This document shows, piece after piece, positions 28,589 through 37,302 of a DNA stretch of 64,000 nucleotides. This stretch comes from Candidatus Saccharimonadia bacterium. GTDB lineage: Bacteria > Patescibacteriota > Saccharimonadia > UBA4664. Each line of letters starts with the position of its first letter. The stretch's first letter is position 1. Made by a program: the position numbers and the translations under genes. Location: contig JBGTMQ010000020.1 of NCBI GenBank assembly GCA_041743505.1, forward strand, positions 81,099-145,098, written 5' to 3'. A model generated the notes under the pieces. It was not told the DNA's origin. It was given only the letters and a program-made list of their open reading frames with translations, and did no database searches.

Positions 28589-29173
28589 ATGCCTAATGAT
28601 TTTCTCTTCCTGACGCTACCAACCGACGAGCTTGAACGCCCGCTCAAAACACTGGAACTGCCGACCCGAGCGTATCACTGCCTGATGCGCGAGGAAGATA
28701 TCAGCACCGTAGGGGATTTGCTGGCCTGCTCAGAGTCTGAGCTAATCGACATTCGCATCATGGGGTCTAGTTTGGTTGACCAAGTCAAGATCAAGCTGGC
28801 AAAGCGCGGCTGGCATCTGTCGCCTCACGACCAGAGCACCGAACCGCCGCCGGGGGATTCATGGGTCCAGGTGCCACATGGGCAATACCTAAACAAGCAG
28901 CGCCAGGTCCTCCAGAGCCGGGTGCGTAGAATATCGCTTGATCGCTACAGCTGCCCCTACCCCGGCTACCCTAACACCCCAGTGGATGCTATCCGCTCGG
29001 TCATTAACCTGTCGACGCTCGGTGATCTGGCCGCCCTTACCGAAGTTAAGGTCCGGGCGGCCGTCGAAGAGGCCACCCGTAAGCCTCACTTCGAGCAGTT
29101 CGACATCGCCAAGTCCGTAGACTGGATCAAGCAGAAATTGACCGAAGTCGGGCTGAAATTGGCCCAACCGTAA
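28589..29173 (+). CDS. Stand-alone alpha-CTD domain protein 3
   Basis: LELPTRAYHCLMREEDISTVGDLLACSESELIDIRIMG..VKIKL plus a degenerate second unit ending GLKL. Confidence 0.85.
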   Translation: MPNDFLFLTLPTDELERPLKTLELPTRAYHCLMREEDISTVGDLLACSESELIDIRIMGSSLVDQVKIKLAKRGWHLSPHDQSTEPPPGDSWVQVPHGQYLNKQRQVLQSRVRRISLDRYSCPYPGYPNTPVDAIRSVINLSTLGDLAALTEVKVRAAVEEATRKPHFEQFDIAKSVDWIKQKLTEVGLKLAQP

Positions 29174-29291
29174 CCGGCGCACCAGCCCGCAATAAGGGCC
29201 CGGGAATCAACTCCCCGGGCCCTTTGACATACTCAATCGGTTCTTGGATACTAAATGAGTTCTGCCCGACCCATGGTTTGGAGTAACCGCC

Positions 29292-30425
29292 ATGAAGCTC
29301 CGCAAGTTACTTGAAAGCAAGCTCACCCCGGCGCCCGAAACTAAACCCGATCCGGTAACCGTGCGCACTCTACGCCATACCGGACGCAAACTGGTGCTCA
29401 GAGACCTTTTTGCCACCCTGGTGGTTGAAGTGGGTGGCGAAGACATCGACATCACAGCCCGAGGCAGGACTTCGCGGCTCGCCAAGCTGCAGGTCTCTGA
29501 AAAGAACGATACTGTCACGCTCCGCGGGGTTAAACCCCAGGACGCCCTATCGCTTCACCTCGATAGCACCGGCTTGTTTAATAGCCGCTGGAGCCGCTGG
29601 CTGTTAAGACGGCTCGATGTCGTAGTATTGGCCCCGGAAGATAGCATCGGGCTGACTATTCGCGTGCCTGAAGGCACCGGGCTGGATATCAATGGCGTCG
29701 ACGGCAATATCATGATTGGTGACACCCAGGCCGCCCTAACGCTGGGTGTGGCATACAACCAGATCGCCACTGTCGGTCGCGTAAGTGATGCCGAAATCGA
29801 AGCCGGTTCCAGCTCGCGAGTCACTGTCGCCGGCGTACATGGCAGCCTACACATCGGCGCTGAATACTCAAGTCAGGTGACGGTCCGGGACGGCGATATT
29901 GTCGGTCTCACTGTTAAGAGTGATTCTAGTTCAGTAGTGCACGTACTCGGCCGCATTCACGATGCGGATGTCGGGGCGGCCTATAACAGCTCGGTCAAGC
30001 TGGGTATGGTGTCCGGCCGGCTGGATCTGGCGGGTGACTCTTCCTCCGACCTCACAGTGCTTGGGGGAACGGCCAACCAGTTGGAGGTAAAAGCCGCTTA
30101 CAACAGTGTTGTGAAATACGGCGGCACTGCCCGCGAAGTCACGCTCAAGCTTGACAGCAGCGCCGAAGCCTGGGTCGCCAACGTCACCGCCAGTTTAACG
30201 GTGAACGCCGACTACAACTCGCGCCTGACTATCGGCGATGGTAATAGTGAGGGTGTAATCCCGATAGTCGACATCAGGGCCGGCAGCTCCACCGAAATCA
30301 GGATTCGGGCCGTGGTCCAACGCGGCCGGATTTCCGCTGATTACAACGCCCTGGTGCTGGCCCGTGATTATGGTAACCAGGTGAAGATCCGCCAAGACGA
30401 CTCAGCCCAGGTCGGTACCTTTTAA
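29292..30425 (+). CDS. Beta-solenoid repeat protein (DUF2807/GIN- or DUF4097-like)
   Basis: About 19-20 aa repeats alternating (A/D)YNS and (G/D)SSS turns. Confidence 0.7.
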   Translation: MKLRKLLESKLTPAPETKPDPVTVRTLRHTGRKLVLRDLFATLVVEVGGEDIDITARGRTSRLAKLQVSEKNDTVTLRGVKPQDALSLHLDSTGLFNSRWSRWLLRRLDVVVLAPEDSIGLTIRVPEGTGLDINGVDGNIMIGDTQAALTLGVAYNQIATVGRVSDAEIEAGSSSRVTVAGVHGSLHIGAEYSSQVTVRDGDIVGLTVKSDSSSVVHVLGRIHDADVGAAYNSSVKLGMVSGRLDLAGDSSSDLTVLGGTANQLEVKAAYNSVVKYGGTAREVTLKLDSSAEAWVANVTASLTVNADYNSRLTIGDGNSEGVIPIVDIRAGSSTEIRIRAVVQRGRISADYNALVLARDYGNQVKIRQDDSAQVGTF

Positions 30426-30587
30426 CCGCCCGCTTACTGCGTGCTGCCCTCCGGCCTCGTGGTCGGTGGGCATTTTTTTGTTATTAATTATTGAATACAA
30501 AAGTTATCCACATTGACGCTTATCGGACAGAAGGGGTACCATTATTTTGTTCTTCAAAAACGAAAAGCTTAAAAATAAACGTCCCTC

Positions 30588-31826
30588 TTGTATTTAACGC
30601 GAGAGACTACGATTTTAAGCCACATAATAGGTCCGCTGGCCGCGACTTACCAGAAGCTGACTGCTCAACCCCGCAATTTCCTGGCCATCGGTATCCTCAT
30701 CACCATTGTATTTTTCGGACTATCGTCCGGCCATTTGCCACTCTCACCAACCGCTAGCGCCGATGCGCAGCGCCTAGTATCACTGTACGCTGATGGCCAG
30801 AAACGAGTCTTCGCTACCGAAGCCGGAACGGTTCGTGAGGCCCTGGACAACAGTAATGTTCAGCTGGCCAAGAACGATTTGGTCGAGCCAAGTCTTGAAA
30901 CGGAAATCCCGCAAGGTTTCTTCAACATTAATGTTTATCGCGCTCGGCCGGTGCTGGTGCAAGACGGGTACAAGTCACACTACATCACCAGCGCTTACCA
31001 AAGCCCCCGCCTGCTAGCTGAGGCCGCTGGCCTGCACATCTACCCGGAAGACGGCTACACCACAACCATGATCTCTGAATTTGTCGACAACGCCGCCGTC
31101 GGCATCAAAGTTGAAGTGAAGCGTGCCATGCCCTTGACCATACATGCCGATGGTACCGTTAAGTCCGTGCGCACTCAGTCCAAGACCGTCCGCGAGGCCT
31201 TGGACCAAAGCGGTGTGTCCCTTGGTCTCAAAGATACCGCCTCAGTACCAATGACAGATCCGGTGGTAGCTGGTATGAATGTTGCCATCACCAGGGTGAC
31301 GGATGTCGAAACCACCATCTCCACGCAGTTGCCACGTGGCCTGCAGACCGTCAATGACCCCAATGTGCTCAAGGGCGAGACCCACGTGCGGCAAGAAGGC
31401 TCAGATGGTGAGAAATCGGTCCTCTATCGCATCCACTACCGTGATGGAGTTGAAGTCAGCCGCGAGCAGTTACGCACTGTTAGCCAAACCGCTCCCGTGG
31501 ACCGGGTCGTCATGGTTGGCACCAAGGTCTTGTTTGCCGGTTCGGTTGAGCACTGGCGGCCGATGGTCATAGCCGCGGCCACGCAGTGGGGTCTTGATCC
31601 TAATATGATGATGCGGATAATGTCCTGTGAATCCAAAGGTAATGCCACTAGCGTCAGTCACTTTGTCGTCAACGGCCAGCACCCCACCGGCCTGTTCCAA
31701 TACCTGCCGTCAACCTGGCGCTCCAGCGGTGGCACTGACAGCAATATCCTCGATGGCGCTACTCAAATCCAAATCACCGCCAAAAAAATGGCCACCCAGG
31801 GCACCGGCGCTTGGCAGTGCAAGTAA
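30588..31826 (+). CDS. RpfB/YabE-like protein: TM, DUF348 repeats, G5, lytic transglycosylase-like domain
   Basis: TVREALD repeats, G5 ending V.VGTK, IMSCES..GLFQY..TW lysozyme-like motif; start uncertain. Confidence 0.88.
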   Translation: MYLTRETTILSHIIGPLAATYQKLTAQPRNFLAIGILITIVFFGLSSGHLPLSPTASADAQRLVSLYADGQKRVFATEAGTVREALDNSNVQLAKNDLVEPSLETEIPQGFFNINVYRARPVLVQDGYKSHYITSAYQSPRLLAEAAGLHIYPEDGYTTTMISEFVDNAAVGIKVEVKRAMPLTIHADGTVKSVRTQSKTVREALDQSGVSLGLKDTASVPMTDPVVAGMNVAITRVTDVETTISTQLPRGLQTVNDPNVLKGETHVRQEGSDGEKSVLYRIHYRDGVEVSREQLRTVSQTAPVDRVVMVGTKVLFAGSVEHWRPMVIAAATQWGLDPNMMMRIMSCESKGNATSVSHFVVNGQHPTGLFQYLPSTWRSSGGTDSNILDGATQIQITAKKMATQGTGAWQCK

Positions 31827-31865
31827 TCTTGCTTTAACCGGCCGAAACTAGCCTATACTAGGAAG

Positions 31866-33035
31866 ATGAATTTATTAGACATAGGCATCATCCTGCTCGT
31901 GATGGCCGTGGCTGCCCGCGGGCTGCAGGCCGGTTTTTTGCGTCAAGCCGGATCGCTGGGCGGCTTTGGGGTAGGCTTGCTACTCGGCGCGGCCCTGGCC
32001 CCGTGGGCTGTGCAATGGGCTGTGACTGACTCGTCCAAGGCCATCCTGGCCATCGCGGTTGTATTCGGCACCGCCTTAGCACTCAGTGGAGTCGGAGAGT
32101 TAATCGGCGCCACGGCCGGTCACCACGCCCGCCGCAGCCGCCTCGGCCGCATCGATGAAGTGGCCGGCGCGGCCTTTGGCGTGGTTGTGGGGTTGGTGGT
32201 GGTCTGGCTGCTGGGCTCCTTGCTCATGCGCCTGCCGCTGCCCGGGGTCCAAGCGGGAATCCAGCGCTCAGTCGTCTTACGGGTCTTAGACCAAAACCTG
32301 CCGCCGGCCCCGGATGTTGTGGCGCGGTTCGGCCGGTTGGTGGCGCCAAATGGTTTCCCGTCAGTCTTTAGTGGCCTCGAACCGGCGCCGGCGCCTCCGG
32401 TCACCGGACCAAACGCCGCGGCCATAAACCAGGCGGCCGCGGCCGGCCGTGCTGCAACCGTCAAGATTGAGGGTTTCGGATGCGGCGGCGTTGTCGACGG
32501 GTCCGGTTTTGTGGCCGGCCCGGGGCTGGTGGCTACCAATGCGCATGTCGTGGCCGGCATCCGGAACCCCATCGTGGTGGATAGCAAGGGTTTGCACGCC
32601 GCCACCGTGGTTGCTTTTGACCCCAACCTCGACTTTGCGGTCTTGCGCACCACCAATCTGGCCGCCGACCCTTTGCCGCTTGATACCAGGCTGGCTCCGC
32701 GTGGTACCGTCGGGGCTGCTTTAGGCTATCCTGGCGGCGGCCGGTTTACTATTACGCCGGCGGCCGTACTCCAGAGTCAGACGGCCCTCGGACGCAACAT
32801 TTACGACCGCGGTCTCGTCAAGCGCGATATTTATGCCCTCCAAGCAGGTATTCGTCCCGGTAACTCAGGCGGCCCCTTGGTTACGCCGAATGGGGTTGTG
32901 ATCGGCATGATCTTCGCCCGCTCCATCGCCAACGACAACATCGGCTACGCCCTTACCTCAGCCGAACTGCTGCCGAAACTGACAGCCGCCGCCTCCCACG
33001 GCCCGGTCACCACGGGCGCCTGCGCCGCCGGTTAG
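31866..33035 (+). CDS. MarP-family membrane serine protease (CvpA-like TM + trypsin domain)
   Basis: GSGFV, TNAHVVAG, DFAVL, GNSGGP; disulfide-type Cys pair. Confidence 0.9.
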   Translation: MNLLDIGIILLVMAVAARGLQAGFLRQAGSLGGFGVGLLLGAALAPWAVQWAVTDSSKAILAIAVVFGTALALSGVGELIGATAGHHARRSRLGRIDEVAGAAFGVVVGLVVVWLLGSLLMRLPLPGVQAGIQRSVVLRVLDQNLPPAPDVVARFGRLVAPNGFPSVFSGLEPAPAPPVTGPNAAAINQAAAAGRAATVKIEGFGCGGVVDGSGFVAGPGLVATNAHVVAGIRNPIVVDSKGLHAATVVAFDPNLDFAVLRTTNLAADPLPLDTRLAPRGTVGAALGYPGGGRFTITPAAVLQSQTALGRNIYDRGLVKRDIYALQAGIRPGNSGGPLVTPNGVVIGMIFARSIANDNIGYALTSAELLPKLTAAASHGPVTTGACAAG

Positions 33036-33146
33036 ATTGCGCCGCACAGGTATAGCCCCCAATCTTGTATTTGCGACAAAAAATGCTATCCTAAAGCTCT
33101 GAAGCAAGCAGCCGCTTGTTTTCGTTCTTGGTACCAAGGAGCGACT

Positions 33147-33824
33147 ATGAAGCTGTACTACTGGGGGTTGTTCATCTCGGCGGCGGTGGTTGTTGTGTTA
33201 ATTCTCATGGTAAACAATATCGTGCCCAGGCCTGGTTTTACGGCAGTCGAGCCTGATCCGGTTGTTCCCGCCTCCACCAGCGTAGAGCCTGCGCCTGAAC
33301 CGGCTCCGGCTGAACCCGGCAGCGCGGTTGCAGAGCCGGCCACCGCGGTAGCCCCGCCCGCCAGGTCTGATTCGGGCTGGTCGGCCGTTGCTTACCGCAA
33401 AGAAGCTCCGGCCGGCGTTGCTACGCTTATCAGTATCAACTCGGCCCACCTCACCGAAGAAGGCGGCTTTGACCGCATCGGGCTCCATTTCCAGGGAGCC
33501 GTCCTGCCCGGAGTGTCAGCCGAGTATACGGCCAAAATCCTCCAGGATGGATCTGACCAACCGGCCCAGCTCGCCGGTAACGCCTTCATACAGCTAAAGC
33601 TGCTACAGGCAAAGCTTCCGGACGCCAAGTCCGGCCTTACCCAGCCGTCCCGCGGCGCCACCCTCAACCGGCCCCAGCTCAGAGCGTTTACCCTCAATGG
33701 TACGGCTGGCAATATCATCAGCATCGGACTCGGGCTGGACCACGGCGCCGATAACAAATCAGTCTTCCGGATTACTGAGGTATCGGAAAAGACCGAATCG
33801 GTGGTCTATGTCGACATCCGGTAG
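33147..33824 (+). CDS. Membrane-anchored AMIN-like domain protein, paralog A
   Basis: TM helix, Pro-rich linker, H..EGGFDR, QDGS, VYVDI. Confidence 0.75.
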   Translation: MKLYYWGLFISAAVVVVLILMVNNIVPRPGFTAVEPDPVVPASTSVEPAPEPAPAEPGSAVAEPATAVAPPARSDSGWSAVAYRKEAPAGVATLISINSAHLTEEGGFDRIGLHFQGAVLPGVSAEYTAKILQDGSDQPAQLAGNAFIQLKLLQAKLPDAKSGLTQPSRGATLNRPQLRAFTLNGTAGNIISIGLGLDHGADNKSVFRITEVSEKTESVVYVDIR

Positions 33825-33977
33825 CAACCCGCCATCACCCAGCCGGGCCGTACTCTGCTAAGAGTCCGTCCCGGTTTTAAGGTATTATAACTTGTATTTT
33901 TCAGAAAAAATGCTATACTAAGGCACTGGAATAGGCGACCGCCATTTCTTGTCCCTCCTACACGAATAGGATCAAAG

Positions 33978-34742
33978 GTGAAAAAACTTATTCTTGGGCT
34001 TACCCTCGCAGCTATCGCCGTAGTCGTATTGGCACTGTTGGCCTTCAATGTCATACCGATGCCAGGTTCCTCACCCAACGAGTCAGCCAATGCGCCGGCT
34101 ACCAGCGCCCTGCCGTCGCCGCCGGACGCACCAGTCTTGGAGCCGGCCCAGGGGCAGCCCGCGGCTCCCATCGTTCCACCTGATTCACCGGTTTCAGCGC
34201 CGTCGCCGGTCGCCACTTCACCGGCGCCACAGGTGACGAAACCCGCCGGCCTTAGCCCGGACTGGTCGACTGCCTCCAGAGAGTACACGCCAAACGAAGC
34301 AGCCTTGAACAAACTGGTCCCAACTCCCATCATGGTCAACGTCCGGTGCGGCACCCATACCCAAGAAGGCGGGTACGACCGAACAGTCTTCGACTTCAAT
34401 GGGTTGATGCCAGGCTACAAGATCGAGTACGTACAGCAGGTGATTCAGGACGGCTCTGGCAACACGACGAACCCGCCCGGTGGCAAGTACTTCTTGAATG
34501 TCACATTTACCCCGGCCGATGCCCACTACACCGACGGTACCTCAGCGCTGAAGTCCAAGGAATGCTCCGCCACGCCGAATTTCCCCGCACTTCGCAGTCA
34601 CAATGTCCACAGCGACTACGAAGCCCATGTCGGCGCAGCCCTGGGCCTCGGCCACAAGGCACCAATCCGTGTCGGCGCAGTCGACAAAACCGGACCCGAC
34701 GGCAAGCCGCGGCAAAGCTTGTACATCGACGTTCACCACTGA
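33978..34742 (+). CDS. Membrane-anchored AMIN-like domain protein, paralog B
   Basis: TM helix, Pro-rich linker, H..EGGYDRTVFDF, QDGSG, DYEA..LGL, LYIDV. Confidence 0.78.
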   Translation: MKKLILGLTLAAIAVVVLALLAFNVIPMPGSSPNESANAPATSALPSPPDAPVLEPAQGQPAAPIVPPDSPVSAPSPVATSPAPQVTKPAGLSPDWSTASREYTPNEAALNKLVPTPIMVNVRCGTHTQEGGYDRTVFDFNGLMPGYKIEYVQQVIQDGSGNTTNPPGGKYFLNVTFTPADAHYTDGTSALKSKECSATPNFPALRSHNVHSDYEAHVGAALGLGHKAPIRVGAVDKTGPDGKPRQSLYIDVHH

Positions 34743-34826
34743 TCAACCCCGCCGGGATGACCTCTCAGACTTGAGAGTTCGTCCCGGTTTTTTCTTTTTT
34801 ACTTAGATATAACCTAAGATAGAAGA

Positions 34827-35654
34827 ATGGATTTATCACGCATCGAGGATGTCCGCACCGCGCTTAAGCTCGCTGGCATCCGGCCCAGCAAGGGCCTCGG
34901 CCAGCATTTTTTGGTGGACAAAGACAGCCTTGAGGCTATCATGGCTGCCGCCGGACCCATCAAAGCCGACACCGTCCTCGAGATCGGTCCCGGCCTTGGT
35001 GTCATGACCGGCCCGCTCACCCAGGCCGCTGGCCACGTTGTCGCGGTCGAGACCGACCCCATCCTGGCTGACCTATTACGCCGTAACATCCCGGACAACC
35101 TGACCGTCGTTGAGCAAGACATCCTGCGCTACGACCTGCGCCAGCTGCCGGCCGGCTACAAGGTGATCGCCAACATCCCATACTACCTAACCAGCAAGAT
35201 CTTCCGTCTGCTCATCGAGAGTCCCAATCCGCCGGCTATCATGAGCCTGCTTATCCAAAAAGAAGTGGCCGAACGCATTACCGCCGAGCCCGGCCGCCTC
35301 AGTATCCTGGCCTTATCAGTTCAATATTACGGCCGGCCCGAGCTCGTGCGTATCGTGGAGCGCCATAAATTCTGGCCGGCTCCGGAGATCGACTCGGCCG
35401 TCATCCGTGTGGAGCTGACCGGCCCGGCCTTCCCGGCCGATCCGCACCAGTTGTTCCGTCTCATCAAGGCCGGCTTCGGCGAGAAGCGCAAGCAACTACG
35501 CAACGCCCTGGCCGGTGGCCTTAACTGCAGTCTGGATTGCTCAGCCGAAGTCTTAGCCGCCGCCGGCATCGAGCCCACCGCCCGGGCCCAGGAGCTCAGT
35601 TTGTCGGAGTGGGAGCGGCTGTATCACGCAACAATCAAGCGGGAACTCGTTTAA
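34827..35654 (+). CDS. rsmA: 16S rRNA m6,2A dimethyltransferase KsgA
   Basis: LGQHFL, LEIGPGLG, ANIPYY, QKEVAER and FWPAP.IDSAV motifs. Confidence 0.97.
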   Translation: MDLSRIEDVRTALKLAGIRPSKGLGQHFLVDKDSLEAIMAAAGPIKADTVLEIGPGLGVMTGPLTQAAGHVVAVETDPILADLLRRNIPDNLTVVEQDILRYDLRQLPAGYKVIANIPYYLTSKIFRLLIESPNPPAIMSLLIQKEVAERITAEPGRLSILALSVQYYGRPELVRIVERHKFWPAPEIDSAVIRVELTGPAFPADPHQLFRLIKAGFGEKRKQLRNALAGGLNCSLDCSAEVLAAAGIEPTARAQELSLSEWERLYHATIKRELV

Positions 35655-35782
35655 TTACAAAACGTCTGTAGATAGGTGCTAGGCTGCGGATGGATCTGCA
35701 CATTTATACTCAAAAATTGCAATATTAGTAGAATTATTTTATAATGCAAACCGTCCAATCCCTGCTTTTAGAAAGGCTCATC

Positions 35783-36115
35783 ATGGGTCGCCGTGATAGG
35801 ATCAGATTCAGCTACGATGATAGCTTGCGGGAAACGCCTAGCAGCAGCTCCCCGCCGGGTGGCAATACCGGACAAGGTGGGGACCGCACTTACAGCGGGC
35901 TTTACCATGGCACAGACGAACAGGGGAATGATGTCACGGCAGCGTTTGGCCGTGAAGACACCCCAAAAGAAGGTCATACGTTCCTTGCGGATGGCCACAA
36001 GGACGCCAACGAGTTCTACGGCGAAAATGCTGAGTACCCAGATAAGGGTCACGACCACTACAACGGTCGCGGCGGCGGCACTTCCCGCGGACGATACACG
36101 GGCGAGGGCTCGTAA
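35783..36115 (+). CDS. Gly/His/Asp-rich hypothetical protein
   Basis: AAAGG SD, AT-rich promoter region upstream, hairpin downstream. Confidence 0.6.
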   Translation: MGRRDRIRFSYDDSLRETPSSSSPPGGNTGQGGDRTYSGLYHGTDEQGNDVTAAFGREDTPKEGHTFLADGHKDANEFYGENAEYPDKGHDHYNGRGGGTSRGRYTGEGS

Positions 36116-36191
36116 CTAGCTTCAGTCCCACCCCCTGGTGTTCTACCGGGCGCCGGGGGATAATTATGTCAATAAACCAAGGATTGCAAAT

Positions 36192-36497
36192 ATGCGCCGG
36201 AAACATCCTCTTTCGGGACATCCCCTCGCCCAGGTTGCGCGAACGCTTCATTATGCTATCGGAAAAACCGAAGATCCGGGGGGGCTCACGGTCCTCAATA
36301 AGGTCACAGCCGATCTGCAGCCTCTTCTAGACGAACACTTAATCAATGGTATCGGGCGAGAGCTGAACACATGGGTCGGACTCAAGCTAGACGCGCCGGA
36401 TATGGGCGCCACCTATGGAGACGATACGCACATTACCTACCCCGAAATATTTGAGGGCTACTCTAAAACATCGGGGGGTAATTATTTTAGAGATTGA
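36192..36497 (+). CDS. Small hypothetical protein, paralog A
   Basis: Shares TEDP, LQPLLD, WVGLKLDAP.MGATYGD and YPE.F with 36523. Confidence 0.8.
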   Translation: MRRKHPLSGHPLAQVARTLHYAIGKTEDPGGLTVLNKVTADLQPLLDEHLINGIGRELNTWVGLKLDAPDMGATYGDDTHITYPEIFEGYSKTSGGNYFRD

Positions 36498-36522
36498 TTC
36501 TTTTGTAGTATATGAGTAGCAA

Positions 36523-36795
36523 ATGAACCCGCAAGATCTCTCAAACACACCATTGGTACAGGTAGCTCAAATACTCTATAAAGTTATCGAAACAACCGAG
36601 GACCCGGCGGCCTTAAAGGTGCTTAGTACAATTACATACAACTTGCAACCACTCTTAGACCAGGAGCTGGTTAATGGGGTAGGGCGACTTTTAGACCTTT
36701 GGGTTGGCCTTAAGCTAGATGCCCCGGAAATGGGGGCGACATACGGGGACGGGATAAAAGTCAGTTATCCTGAGGTGTTCGGAGACACTAAATAA
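36523..36795 (+). CDS. Small hypothetical protein, paralog B
   Basis: Collinear with 36192. Confidence 0.8.
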   Translation: MNPQDLSNTPLVQVAQILYKVIETTEDPAALKVLSTITYNLQPLLDQELVNGVGRLLDLWVGLKLDAPEMGATYGDGIKVSYPEVFGDTK

Positions 36796-36994
36796 TTGGT
36801 GCAATCTTGTCAAAATCCACACAGCAGAGCTCACCTGCCTGCATGGAGTGCCGGGGCATAACTATGCGTAGCCCCCACAACTATCGGGTGGCTTTACCGC
36901 TCTGCCACTGCCCGCAAACTCATATGATTTGACAAAAAATTGTTATTATAATATAACAAGAGAACCATTCGCATCCAGAAGGGAAGATGGCAAA

Positions 36995-37150
36995 ATGGGT
37001 ATTCGAGAGGCGTGGAATCAGGCCGTGCAGAAAATAGACGAGGTCACGGGTTGCGCAGCGCCTGACCGGGGCGGCGATGAGGTCCTTATCGTCTCAGCCG
37101 ACTGCAGTCAGTGCAATGGTCCTTGTCGCGGCGGTCACGACAGGAACTGA
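36995..37150 (+). CDS. Small Cys-rich peptide (51 aa)
   Basis: TTGACA promoter at 36929, CxxC-x3-C-x3-H motif, strong hairpin downstream. Confidence 0.5.
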   Translation: MGIREAWNQAVQKIDEVTGCAAPDRGGDEVLIVSADCSQCNGPCRGGHDRN

Positions 37151-37302
37151 TCAGACGCTAGAGTTTAGTGTCCATCCCATCATAGTCCTGCGTTTTACAT
37201 ACCGTAAAGCGCAGGACTTATTCATGCCCCGGCTCTGTCATCAATATTTGGCTGCACCTAGCCGCCCATGCTACCATGGCCAAGTTAGGAGCTTTATTAC
37301 CC

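Noticed and set aside
19095-30480. Autonomous mobile element (IS, ICE or prophage)
   Set aside because: No integrase, transposase, relaxase or phage hallmark ORF was recognised, so only the repeats are reported.
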